Assembly: GCF_016433145.1 (NCBI RefSeq)
Contig: NC_058133.1
Coordinates: 193,674,661 to 193,738,660, forward strand
DNA length: 64,000 bases
Direction: 5' to 3'
DNA from: Gracilinanus agilis
Taxonomy: Eukaryota
The notes under the pieces: model-generated
What the model saw: only the letters and a program-made list of their open reading frames with translations
The model's database searches: none
Told to the model about the DNA's origin: nothing
Shown here: positions 1 through 33,048 of the stretch, one piece after another
Layout of the letters: every line of letters begins with the position of its first letter
Numbering within the stretch: the first letter of the stretch is position 1
Program-made: the position numbers and the translations under genes

Positions 1-66
<66 letters not shown>
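1..66. repeat. (GA)n microsatellite, 33 units visible, truncated by the window edge
   Basis: Perfect dinucleotide run. Confidence 0.99.
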
Positions 67-69
<3 letters not shown>

Positions 70-702
70 TGTATAAAGGAGTACTTTCCTAGGAATCTCC
101 TCCCCTTCAACCCCACCCAAAATGCCAGCCACCCAGGGGTCAGAGAATTGAAAACAAACACTAGGGAGGAAAGAAGAGAGTCCGAGGTTCGGGCCACATC
201 CCTGGGCTTACTGCTCCACCCTGAATCTAAGTCCCATTGGGAGTGTGCACGCACACTTGAGTTTATATTTACATATTTTGATGTGTGCATGTACATATAT
301 GCCTCCATGACTCTATTCGTAAATTAACCTGCATCATTCTCCATGTTCCATTCAATTCAGAATGCTAGATTAGGAGTCTAAGAACCTGGGTTCTAATTCT
401 GTACCTACTGCTTACTGCATCTGTGCAACTTCAACTGTATCTTATAATTTGTCCTCATCTATCAAATAATAGAATTTCTAGAGTATTGGTTTGCAAAGTG
501 TTTTGCATTCATCATCCCTTTTGATGAGGTAAATTAAGGAGTTGTACTAGAATCTAAGTTCTTTTCTGGCACTAAAGTTATGATTCTATCAATTAATTAT
601 TGGTATCCCATCACTACTTGCTAGGTCCTGGGGAAACAAAGGTAGCTCTTATGTCCAGGACAACCAGGGTAAAATTCCCTTTGTCTCCTTGTCCCCCAAC
701 TC

Positions 703-914
703 TTTTTTTTTTTAAATTTTAATTTTTGAAACTCTTATACTTTGCCTTAGAATTGATTCTAGATATCAGTTCCAAAGCAGAAGAGAAGTAAGGGCTAGGC
801 AATTGGGGATAAACTGAGGGTTACACAGCCAGGAAGTGTCTACATCCACATTTGAACCCAAGACTTACTGATTTCAGGCCTGGCTCCCTATCCACTGAGC
901 CACTTAGTTGGCCT
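703..914 (-). mobile_element. SINE1_Mdo-like SINE (older copy)
   Basis: poly-T followed by reverse-complemented tail, CORE and tRNA-like head. Confidence 0.75.
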
Positions 915-989
915 ATACTCCAATTCTCCCACAACTGTCCCTCAGCTCCTGTTGATCCCTCTTTGATACAATAAAGAAAAATCACATAG

Positions 990-1640
990 GTAACTTCCAT
1001 TTCATTCATTCATTTAATAAGTATTTATTGAGCTCCTTCTTTGTGTTAAGCAATCAATAAATCAACAAACATTTACTAAGTGTTATTATGGTCAAGGTAC
1101 TATGGTAGGCAGTGGGGGACATAAATACAAGCAAAGCCATCCCTCTCCTTAATGAGTTGGCTATTGACTAGGGGGAAAATACACAGAAAAATAAATACCA
1201 AATAACTAAATAAATACAAAATACTTTCTGGGAAGAGAGAGTATTAGCAACTAGAGGCCATCATGGTAAGTTTTCTGAATGTAATAGAAAAGTTCATTTG
1301 AATTTGGAGAGACACTAGGGATTCAAAGACAAGGAATACATTCCAGGCATGGGGGTCACAGCCTAAGTATAGGTGTGGAGCTAGGAAATGGAATGTTATA
1401 TATGGGGAAAGGCAAGTTGGGCTGGAATGGAGACCCAATGAAGGAAAGTAATATATAATAAGCCTGGAAAAGTTGGGTGGAGTCAGATTGGGAAAGACTT
1501 TAAATGCCAAGCAGAGAGATTTGTTCTCGTCTGGTACATAATAAGTGCTTACTAAATACTTGTTGATTGATTCTGGAGGTAACAGTGGGTCATTTGAACT
1601 TCTTGAACAGGCAAGTGGCATGGCCAAACCTGTGCTTTAA
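990..1640 (-). mobile_element. L2 3' fragment
   Basis: ttcattcattcatttaataagtatttattgagc, the reversed L2 tail. Confidence 0.6.
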
Positions 1641-2280
1641 TTTTTTTTTATTTTATTTAATTAATTTAGAATATTTTTCCATGGTTACATGATTCATGTT
1701 CTTTCTCTCCCCTCCTCCCACCCCCCTCCCATAGCCAATGAGCTGGGTTTTGCATGTGTCATTGATCAAGACCTATTTTCATATTATTAATATTTGCATT
1801 AGGATGATTGCTGAGAGTCTACATCCCCAATCATATCCCCCTCAACCCATGTGATCAAGCAGTTGATTTTCTTCTGTCAAATCTGTGTTTTAAGAACATC
1901 ATATTGTGAAGTGAGCAGAACCAGAAGAATATTGTACACCATAATAGCAATATTGTCCCATGATCAACTGTGAATGACTTAACAATCCAAGACAACCCTA
2001 AAGGACATGTGATGAAACAATTGATGGAGTCTGAATGCAGATCAAAGCATACCATTTTCCACTTTATTTTCTTCATGAGTTTTTTTTAAGATGTGTCTTC
2101 TTTCTCAACATGATGAAAACAGAAATGTTTTGTATAATAATACATGGATAAACTATATAAAATTGCTTACTGTCTCAGAGAGGGGAAAGAGGAGGGAGAG
2201 AATTTGGAACTAAAAATATTAAAAAACAAATGCTAAAAATTGTTTTTACATGTAGTTGGAAAAAGATAAAATATTACTGA
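1640..2280. mobile_element. Two abutting L1 3'-end fragments (minus 1640-1877, plus 1878-2280)
   Basis: Marsupial L1 3' UTR motifs (gtgagcagaaccagaaga..acattgtacac; catggttacatgattc). Confidence 0.7.
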
Positions 2281-3229
2281 AGAGATTTTTAAAAAAGCAA
2301 TATCACTTGGCAGTTGTGTGGAAGATATATTGGAGGCAGAAGAACAATTAGGAAGAGGTAAGAATACAGGTTGGAAGTAATGTGAGTTTGAACTAGAATG
2401 ATGGTTGCATGAATGGAGAGAAGATTAATGGATGAGAGAGATGATATGGAGATAGAGTCAATAAGACGTGGTAACTGACTGGATATGGGGGATGAGGGAG
2501 AATGAAGAGTGAAGATTAATTCTGAGGTTGTAAACATGGGTGACTGGAAAAATCTTTCAATAGAAACAGATATCTTTGGAAGATAGGAGGGTTTGGAGGG
2601 GAAGATAATGAGTTCAATTTTAAGCAGGATGAATTTGGGACAGCTATGGGTTATCCAATTGGATGATAATTGATTGATGATTCAAACACTTAAGTTATAT
2701 GCTTGAGATTGGGCATTTAAAAGACTATGGGAGCTCTAAAAACTAAAGAATTGGAAAGATGGAAACAGAGAAACAGAGAGAAAGGATACATAGAGACTTG
2801 GACTCAGTTCCTAGGAAGGGCTCCAGGGATACCTTTTTAAGACAATTAGAACCACATAGCCCTTCAAAGGACCCACGGATATCTAAGAACCAGCACCAGA
2901 TGAAGAGGGCCAAGTAGACGAATTCCTGGACCACACTTACTTCATGGAACAAGCAAAAGCTACAGCAGAAGAAAAGTAAGGAAGAGCTATGATCTGGAGA
3001 AGCAAACCTGAACCTTTATTGGAATTGTGAGTTCTGTGGACTGTGCAGGTCTAGGAAGAGAGGGTATGCTCTCTATTTTTTCCCTTTCTAATTGATTATG
3101 AACTCAAAAAACATCAACAAATGTGAATATTTCCACATACAAAGTACAGAAAAGATTGTAAGATTGTATAGGAAACTGAAAATTCTCTAATATGTCCAAC
3201 TCGGCTTACTAGAACTAACATTGTCTAGT

Positions 3230-3830
3230 GCCTGTGTTCTTTTCTGAATTTCCTTTTACTCTCTTCTGTGGATTTTTAAAAATTGTTTTATTGATACTCT
3301 TTTGTTTTCTTTCTTTTTGCATCACTATCACTAGCTCCAGTGTTCCCTACAATTCTCTCTTTCCACAAAAACAAACAAAAAATCCTTCTATCAAAGCAAA
3401 ACACATCTCCACACTGACCATGTCTGAAAACATATTATTCTGCACCTCTCTTTCATCACCTCTCTGCCAAGAAGTGAGAAGAAACATGGTTTATTACCAA
3501 AATATTCTGTAGATAAGACTGGTCATTGCACTGTTCAGTTTTTCAGTTTTTTTTAAGTTGGTAAACCTTACAATAAAGTAGTTATTATATGCATAGTTTT
3601 CCTGATTCTACTCACTTCATGTCAGTCTATAGCAAATCTTCCCAGGTTTATCTGAATCTGTTCCTTTTACCATTTTCTTTTTATAACACAATAGTATTCC
3701 ATTATATTAACAGACCACAATTTGTTCAGTAATTTCCCAGTTCTGGGATAACCCAATAATTGCCAGGTTTTTGCTACAACAAAACGTGCTCCTTTCACAA
3801 TTTTTGTACATATGGTTCGTTTCCCTAGGG
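3230..3830 (-). mobile_element. Old L1 ORF2 3' end / 3' UTR fragment
   Basis: aatagtattccat...ccacaatttgttcag...tttttgctac pattern. Confidence 0.55.
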
Positions 3831-4353
3831 TAGACTCTTACTGACATTAAATGTTATCCTTTTGTTTGAGGGCCTCACTTAGATTAATAATATGTTTGGA
3901 AGATTGTATAGGTCTTTTGGAGGATTGTATAAGTTCATAGGGATGTGTGTTCACCATTAGGCTAGAAAGCTTGACTTCTTCACCATTACAACTGCTTTTC
4001 CTTTACGGGGACAAAGACACAGAGAAATACTGTACACCTGCAACAGGACTATAGAAATCTTTGGATAGGTAACAAACTCAAAAGAGAGAAAGGCTATCCT
4101 TAACTCATGGATTAATCTAAGATGAAAAAAAATGACAATCTCTACCTTCTAGGAACTTACAGCTAATTGAAAGTGGGTAGGGGAGGGCATAGGGGACAGA
4201 ATCAGATAAATACACAAATATGAATGATATAAGATATAAGTGTAATAAAGACAAAGGAGAGAGCTAGAAAAAATGTTATTTAAGGATGGCCAGATTAGTG
4301 AAGATTTTGAAGTGAAGTGGCACTGAGTCAGAGCTTAAAGAAAAGGAAAGATT

Positions 4354-4562
4354 GGGGACAGCTAAGTGGTTCAGTGGATAGAAAGAGTCAGGCCTGGAGA
4401 TGGGAAGTCCTGGGTTCAAATGTGATCCCAGATACTTCCTAGCTGTGTGTCCCTGGACAAGTCACTTGATTCCTAATGACCTAGCTTTTACTGCTCTTCT
4501 GCCTTAGAACCAATACATAATATTGATTCTGAGACAGAGAAGGTAAAGGTTTAAAAGAAAAA
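4354..4562 (+). mobile_element. SINE1_Mdo-like SINE
   Basis: gggga cagctaagtggttcagtggata head, GGTTCAAAT B box, aaggt tail. Confidence 0.85.
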
Positions 4563-4569
4563 GAAAGGA

Positions 4570-6400
4570 AAGGGAAGGATTTCAGCTGAGTCCTTCATCT
4601 CTAACATCTACTACAGCACTTGACACATACAGTAATCACTTCATGGTGTTGGAACGAATGAATGGGTGGATATGTGGAGGACATGTGTTCCTGGGGATGA
4701 TCGATTCGAAGAGGGCAAGATGATGTGGCAGCAAGTAATAATAAGTACATTGTGGTTAAAGGAAGTCTGGTGAAGAGACATGCAGTCAAAGAAGACTGGA
4801 AAGGTGAAGTGGATTCAACCTAATGAGAGTCCTGGAAGGCCAGACTAGCCGACAAGCAAGGGGGGATGACTTTTGAGCATTAGGAAATATAGTGAAAACT
4901 ATGCATTATTAGGAAGATTATCTTAGCAGGATGGATTGGGAAAAGGTGGAGATGAGAAGACAAAGACTCTTACTGACAAGAGGGCATGAGGGCCTGAATT
5001 GAAGGGGTAGGTAGTATGAGTAGAAAACAGGGAATGGATTAGAAAGAAAGAAAAGGCAGGACTTATGGCACTTAGTGGCTGATTAGACGTGGAGGGTGAG
5101 GAAGAAGAAAGAGTCATTGTTGACACAGAGGTTTTGAACCAGTGACCGGAGTAGTACTGTCAAGGCCATGCAAAGAAGATATTTCTTGTGTTCTTCCACC
5201 TTCTGCTAGCTGGTAAGCTCCTCAAAGGCCAGGGCTGTGTGTCTTTGTGTCCCTAGAGTTGGGTGTAGTGTCTTAAACATACCAGGTGCTAGACTTTTTT
5301 AGACAATTGACTTGAAGGGGCAGCTAGGAGGTTCAGTGGATTGAGAGCCAGGCTCAGAAACAAGCAGTTTAAATTTGGCCTCAGACACTTCCTAGCTGTG
5401 TGAACCTGGGCAATCATTTAATCCCCCTTGCCTAACCCTTATCACTCTTTTGCATTGGAACCAATACATAATACTGATTCTAAGACAGAAGGTAAGAGTT
5501 TTTTTTTTTTTTAATAATTGACTTGAGTTGGGAAGAATAAATGTTTGGAGGGGAAGGTGAATCAATTTCAGACAAGTTGACTTTGACATACCAGTGGGCC
5601 ATCTAGATGGAGAAATTCGGCAGACAGTTGGAAATAGGGAAGCCAAACTCTGGATTGATAGAGATTTAGGAATCTTTCCCCTAGAGCTGATAACTAAATC
5701 CAAGGGAATGGATGAACTCACCAAAAGAAAGACTATAAAGATGACTCAGGATAGAACTCTGGGGAATAGTTAGAAGGGAAATGGAAGAGGGCCTAGGAAA
5801 AAAAATTATGAAACACGGACACCTTGAAGGTATGAAGAGAAACCAGTGAAGGAGGCAGAGAAGAAATAGACCAGTAAAAGGAAAACTGAAAAGAATAATG
5901 TTACTAAAGCCAAAGGATGAGAGAATATCTAGAAAGACAAAATAGCCAATAGTATTAAATTTTGCAGAAATGTTAAGGATGATGAAGACTGAAAATGGGT
6001 CATAGAAGTTAGTCATTTAGAAATTATTGATGTCTTTAGAGTGAACTAAGAATTCAGTGGAGTTATGGTTACAGAATCCATACTTGGTGAGTGGATAGTA
6101 GTAGACAGCTAGCATCTGTACCCCTATTAGATTATAAGATCCCAAAAAATTCTTTCCAAAAGTTTAGCAGTGAAGGGAAGGAGAGCTAAAGGACTAGAGT
6201 TTGATTAGGTGGCAGAATTTATAGAAGGTTGGTAGGGGGTCAGGTTTCGGTTTTCTTTTTTGTTTTAAGATTGTGGAATCCTAAGTATGTTGTAGGTTGA
6301 AAAGAAAGAATCAGCAGAGGAGAGGATAGCTGAGGGAATAGAACAAAGGACAAATATGGTGACATTAATATTGCCAAGGAATTGGACCACTTCATCTACC
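4570..6400 (-). mobile_element. Old L2 remnants (interrupted by a SINE)
   Basis: Purine-rich antisense L2 ORF2 pattern. Confidence 0.55.
5317..5512 (+). mobile_element. SINE1_Mdo-like SINE
   Basis: Head, B box and tail; flanked by AATTGACTTGA duplication. Confidence 0.85.
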
Positions 6401-6772
6401 TGAGATTTTTCCCAATTCCCTTCTCTTCTCCCTCCAGCTGTTAGTGCTTCCTTTTAAAATTTACTTTTTATCTATTTTATATTTGCTTATATGTGTACTT
6501 ATTGTCTCCCCCTCTAGAACATAAGCTTCCTGAGGGCAAGGAGCTTTGAAGGCAGCCAAGGATTCTATGAGGCAGAAGCAAAAAAGGAGTGCATTTCAGG
6601 CATGGAGGAGAAAACCTATTGCAAAGGCATGGAGACAAAATGGAATGTTGTATTTAGGATCCAGTTAAGTTGGCCAGTTTAGTTAGGTGAGTGTGCGAAC
6701 GGTATTGATGAACTCTAAACCAGGAAAGATAGAATGGAGCCAGATAAATGAAGTGTTTTAAAAGGCAAGCAG

Positions 6773-6960
6773 AGGCAGCTAGGTGGCTCAGTGGATAGAG
6801 CTAGGCCTGGAGATGGGAGGTTCTGGGCTCAAATTTGGTTTTAGACACTTCCAAGCTATATGACCCTTAAGTAACTTAACTCCAACTGCCTAGCCTTTAC
6901 TGCTTTTCTGCCTTGGAACTGACACTTAAAATCCATCCTAAGACAGAGGCTTTTTTAAAA
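6773..6960 (+). mobile_element. SINE1_Mdo-like SINE
   Basis: Head, CORE and tail similarity. Confidence 0.75.
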
Positions 6961-7160
6961 AAGGCAAATAAAGGATTGCATATTGGATCCTAAGGGATGA
7001 GAGCCCCTGGAATTTCTAGAAGCAGGAAGTGACATGACATGTCCAGACCTATGCTTTAGGAATATCAATTTAGCAGTTGTATAGAGAATAAAAATTGGAG
7101 AAGGGAAGAAAAGACAAATTAAAGAGGCTCTTGTAGCAGACTAGGTAAAAGGTATGAACT

Positions 7161-7372
7161 AGGGGCAGCTGGGTAGCTCAGTGGAATGAGAGTCAGGCCT
7201 AGAGACGGGAGGTCCTAGGTTCAAATCTGGCCTCAGTCACTTCCCAGCCGTGTGACCCTGGGCAAGTCACTTGACCCCCATTGCCTACCCTTACCACTCT
7301 TCTGCCTTGGAGCCAATACACAGTATTGACTCCAAGACGGAAGGTAAGGGTTTTTAAAAAAAAAAAAAAAAA
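7161..7372 (+). mobile_element. Young SINE1_Mdo (long-tail type)
   Basis: 14-bp TSD AAAAGGTATGAACT (7147-7160, 7373-7386); poly-A tail; CpGs retained. Confidence 0.95.
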
Positions 7373-9407
7373 AAAAGGTATGAACTGGGAGAGGGAAATA
7401 GATTTGAGCTATGGAAGCAGAATTGACAAGACTTAGCAACTCTTGAGATGGGAAAAGGATGGTAGAGGGGAAGGAGAATAAAGAATGGAGAATGACAGAG
7501 GTTGTGAACCTGAGTGACTGGAAAGTACTGTCAACAGAAATACGGAAGTTTGGAAAATGGGAGGACTTGAAGAGAAAAATAACGAATTTTGTTTTGGATA
7601 TGTTGAGTTTGAGGTGCCTACAGGATATCTAGGTGACTATGTTCAGTAAGCAGTTGGTGAGACTAGAGACTAGAACTCAGTCATTCTACAGTGTTTATTA
7701 CCCATCTACTATGTTCCAGGCACTGATAAGCACTTGGAATACAAGGACAAAGAATGAAATAATCCCTACTTATATTTATGTATACATATATATGTAACAG
7801 ATATTACATGTAATATTATGTAATTATATACTTGCATAGGAGCTTATATTTTAATGGGGAAACAGAGAGACAATCGGATGTGTAATAAAACTGGGAAGCA
7901 TCTGGATAGAGATATCTGAACCCACTTGCATTGATGAGAATACAGAGAAAGACAAAGGGAGAAAGACAGCAGAAAGGAGCCCTAAGTCAGAGCTTTGAGG
8001 TCTATCCAGTTAGTGGGATTGGACACATATTAGCATCCAACAAAGTAGAATGGGAAGTGACCAGACCCCCATACTAAGGCACTTGCCTTTGGGAGCCCCA
8101 CCCCTAAACTTGTCCCTTCCCAATGCCCTGTTTCATTTTCAGAAAAGATTGAGTTTAACTCTACACTTCAATAACATTAAACACAGAATTATATAATCAG
8201 AATGTCAGAGTTGGAAGTGACCTTAGGCCATAAAACAAAAAATGGTAGGTGTAAAAGACTTCAAAATCTCTATCTAGTCTAACTTCATTATATAAATGGG
8301 GATATTAGTCCTAGAGTGGTGAAATAACTTGTTTAAACAGACAAAATGAGTCACTTGCAGATACAGGACTTAAACTTAGATTTCCTGACTCCCAGGTTAG
8401 CACTCCAACCATGGAGAAAAGTGGAGCCAAACCAGAAATATTCATTCTTACAGGTCTGTTTCTACCCTCAAGGTTTTTCTTGCAAATAAAAATGAAAATG
8501 AAGCCAGGAAGGGGAAGGAGATTAAAGATTGTAATCAATTAATAAACAAGCATTTGTAGAGTGCTTAATCTGAGCAAAGTCCTCCTGGGGACTTGCTGTT
8601 TGACCTTTGTCAAGTCATTTCCTCCTTGGGCCTCAGTTTCTTCTTCTGTAGGAGGAAAGTTGATCTAGATGTGGGGGGGGGGGGAGGGGTGGTTTCCAAA
8701 CTGTTTTCAGATCCACCTGCATCTGGGCTTTCAGTAAACCTTTCCAGTATCTTCTATTCAATATGAAAGACAAAAAAATCTTTAATTTCCTGTGCATATG
8801 CACATTAGAAAAACTTTCTTTTACCACTTTTTTCAGTAGTACAGGAAGCAAGTGATAGAACTTATTATACATACAAAAATAAGAAATAAAGAGATTAATT
8901 TCAATAGGGTGCTCATGTGGTGGTCTGAATAGTCCCAGTACATCTTGGGCAAGCTCCTTCTACCCCAAACTGAGTACCCCAGAATTAGATGATCTCCAAG
9001 CCCCTTCTACCTCCCCCCCCCCCCCCCCCATCTGAAGGTTATAGCCTTTCCTTCCGTCCTCGCTCCACCCATTCACATTCACTCCCCAGGCTCTTTCCTC
9101 AGTTGAACTTCCAGCCTTAGAATTCGGTTCCATTAACGTGACATGCAACCACAGAAAACTGCCTTAACACCAGTCCTGCAAAGACAGCAGGCTGCAGGGA
9201 GTGACCCCCACTCCACCAGAACAAACTAGCCCGGGGAGATGACAAGAGGTGCTTCGGAACCTTCTAACTGAGAGCAACTGGGACAGGGGAAGAATGGAAG
9301 AGTGAGGAGCGAAGGGGTGTGGTTTGAAAAAAAGAAGGAACATCGAGCACTTCCGGTAAGACCGGAAGCGGAGGCGAGGTTGGTGGCCGCGGGCCCAGGC
9401 TACAGGG

Positions 9408-30308
<20,901 letters not shown>

Positions 30309-30714
30309 AAGGACTGGGGGCAGGTCAGGTCTGCTTCGCCCTGGCCTCAGCTCCGGCCCACAGGGTGCTGCATTTTCTTCGCTTTACTTCTTCAATGTGG
30401 ACGCTGATCAGGGAGGAGGAGTGGCTGCGGGACTCTGCCTCCTTCTCCATGCTGATGCCCTCTTGCCTCCTTCAGAGTGCTGCCAGCCCCAGCTTCAGAC
30501 ATTAAGGGAGTAGAATGGCCCCCCACCAACCTGTAGAAATTTAAAAGCTCTCTTCCTCCTGGCCTAGGTGCCCCAAGGGAGCATCCTTCTGCCCCTCAAA
30601 GTGCCCGTTCCACCCTGTTCCCAGTGGGCTTCCCCGGGGCCACCTTCCTGCCCAGTGGTAAGTGAGAGGGGAAATTCCCTTTCCTTTAACAACAGGTGCC
30701 CTCCCCTCATGGCA

Positions 30715-30727
30715 CCACTAGATGGCA
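30715..30727 (+). promoter_or_regulatory. CTCF motif (PGAP3 3' UTR)
   Basis: CCACTAGATGGCA, full match to CCASYAGRKGGCR. Confidence 0.6.
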
Positions 30728-31374
30728 ATGAATGCTGGCTGCCTGGCATGCCCAGGTCGGGGCTGCTGCTCTCAACCCCCCAGGAGGGGGACAGAGGCCC
30801 CAAGGCATGAGCCTAGAAGCAGGCCCCTGCTTTGTCCACACTGTCCCCTAGTGGGGCCCCAATCCCATCTCCATCCCCCAGCCGGGCAAAGAGCCAGAGA
30901 AGCCCAGCCACTGTTTGGCTCATTGTCAGACTGGCTCATTCTCTTGCTTCTCAGGGAAAAAAAAAATGGGATGGAAGTGTGTACCCTAGTGTAGATATGA
31001 GTGTGGGCACGTTTGTGGGGCCTCAGTCAAACCTGGTGAAACAGGACTTGGACCTCCTAGCAAGGCACCCAGCTAGACATAGAAGGCCTTGGTCTCTGCC
31101 CTGAAGTTGGGGATGGGAGTATATGATGGAAGGGATTGAGTCTTTATGTCCTCGCCTTCCAGCCCTCCTCTCACCCTTTTTTTCCATCCCAATCTCAGCA
31201 TCTTGCTCCCTCTCCATCCCTTAGTTTGTGTAGGGATGACCCCAGTCCCTTCAGGGAGCCAAATTCTTGAGCTAAGAAAGTATCTCCTCAAGGACCTTCC
31301 TGTTACCTAGCTTGGGTGCTCCCACATCCACAGCCTCCCTCTAGTGCCAGCTCTGGGACCATCCTCTCTGGGAC

Positions 31375-31525
31375 CCATATGTCACTTAACTTCCCTGAGG
31401 CTCCATTTCCCCATCTGTAAAATGGGGGGAATGATCCCTCTGTACCCACCTCACAGGCCTGGTGAGACTTCAAGGAAATCATGTTTGTAAAGTGCTTTGC
31501 AGACCTTAAGCTGTGCTATGAGTAT
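31375..31525 (+). mobile_element. MIR/CORE-SINE in the PGAP3 3' UTR
   Basis: gtcacttaacttccctgaggctccatttccccatctgtaaaatgggg core. Confidence 0.7.
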
Positions 31526-31810
31526 TATTTCTGTATTTTAGGGGAGAAGGGTATCCAGGAGAGGGGAAAACGTGGGGTCTTCCTGCCCTCCACAAAGGTC
31601 AAGCCTGGGGGCTGTGCCAATATAGCTGGGCCTGAGTGAAGGTGATCTCTGCCTGTTGCTGGCAGCCCTAGCACATTCCTGCTGTACAGGGACACAGAGT
31701 GGCATTTTGTAGGTCCCAGAGCTTTTGTATCCCAGAGGAAAACCCAGTGATTGGGGGGAATTGAGGGCTGTGGGGGGTGGGGAAGATCTTGCATGACAGT
31801 GAAAATAAAT

Positions 31811-32004
31811 GGGGGCAGCTGGGTAGCTCAGTGGATTGAGAGCCAGGCCTAGAGACAGGAGGTCCTAGGTTCAAATCCGGCCTCAGACACTTCCCAGCTG
31901 TGTGACCCTGGGCAAGTCACTTGACCCCCATTGCCTACCCTTACCAATTTTCTACCTACACAGAAGTTAAGGGTCTAAAATTAAAAATAAATAAATAAAT
32001 AAAT
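31811..32004 (+). mobile_element. Young SINE1_Mdo in the PGAP3 3' end region, (AAAT)n tail
   Basis: Near-consensus head and CORE; flanked by AAATAAAT(GGGG). Confidence 0.92.
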
Positions 32005-32033
32005 GGGGCAGAGGTGGGCTGCAGTGTGCCTCT

Positions 32034-32039
32034 AATAAA
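32034..32039 (+). terminator. PGAP3: Candidate PGAP3 polyadenylation signal AATAAA
   Basis: AATAAA about 1.7 kb after the stop; alternatives at 31804 and in the SINE tail at 31986-32003. Confidence 0.5.
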
Positions 32040-32396
32040 CCAATTCAGAACCTTTCCCTCCTAAGCCAGTACTGTGTGTGGGAAGAGAGAAAGGAACTGA
32101 GAACTGTGGGAGTGAGGAGTACTAGAAACAAAGTGAGATACACCTAGAACCAAGTGAGGGTTTCCTCTGGTGGGTATTTGGCCAAAGCAGGAGGAAGGGA
32201 CAAGGTGCCCCGTGGCCCTCACTTGCATCTCCCCCGTCCGCCCCAGGTTCTCCTCCAATCCCGTGATTTTCCCTAACCTGTCTCCTCCCTTTCCTTTCCT
32301 TCCTAACTTTTGCCTTGCTCCTCAGACCCCTCAGCTTAGAATCAGTCAGTAAGGAGGCTGAACCGATGTTGTGCAGACAGCAGGAAGAAAGAAAAC

Positions 32397-32402
32397 TTTA
32401 TT
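32397..32402 (-). terminator. PNMT: PNMT polyadenylation signal AATAAA
   Basis: First minus-strand AATAAA I found after the stop (about 210 nt downstream). Confidence 0.75.
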
Positions 32403-32609
32403 GAATGAGGGTATGGCTTCTCGTGCCCTTCCTCCCTCCTCCCCCATGCCTGGCATAGAGAGGCTTCCGGACACTCCTGCCTCCTCTGGGAGAATCCCAG
32501 TGACTACAGACACCTTAAGGATGGGGACTATATTCTTTATCCCAGCATCTCCAGGGTCAGTGCAGACCCTGGGACGAATGGGCACCATCCATTGGATAGC
32601 TCGGGCCCT

Positions 32610-33048
32610 TCAGGCCACTGTCTTCTGTGCCCAAACAAAGAAGATGCCCTTGACATCATCAACACCAGTCTGCAGGTGGGCAGGCATACTGTACGTTTGG
32701 AAATCTCGAACCTGGTACCCACTTCGACTCAAAGCTTCCCTCACGTCCCCCTCTTGAACAGGCACCACGGACAACCTGGCCTCCCCGGCTAAGTACCAGG
32801 ACTCCTCCAGAGCTCCTATGAGCAGGAGGTGCCCACCGGGTCTCAGCAGGGTCGTAATGTTGTCCAGAGCTCTCTGGAAGCTGGCGTGGTCAGGACTCAC
32901 TGCCTCCAGGCAGAAGGTGGAGACCAGGGCATCAGTGGGCAAAGGGGCCGGGCTCCCTGGACCCATTGGCTGGGGCTGGTGAACGTCAATGGGTAGGACC
33001 CTCTTCACTTTGGAACGAAGCTGGCGCTCCTTCTCCTGCCAGGACTCT
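32610..33048 (-). CDS. PNMT: PNMT exon 3 coding part (439 nt)
   Basis: ctgcacag|ESWQEKERQLR...FFVWAQKTVA-TGA. Confidence 0.97.

Noticed and set aside
2660-3060. Purine-rich unclassified segment with a protein-looking frame (EPAPDEEGQVDEFLDHTYFMEQAKA)
   Set aside because: Short, flanked by stops and not recognisable; possibly an LTR remnant, but I could not define its ends.
8665-9033. Inverted G-tract (8673-89) and C-tract (9011-29) about 320 bp apart
   Set aside because: The match is almost entirely homopolymer, and the tracts adjoin MIR remnants, so chance is a sufficient explanation.
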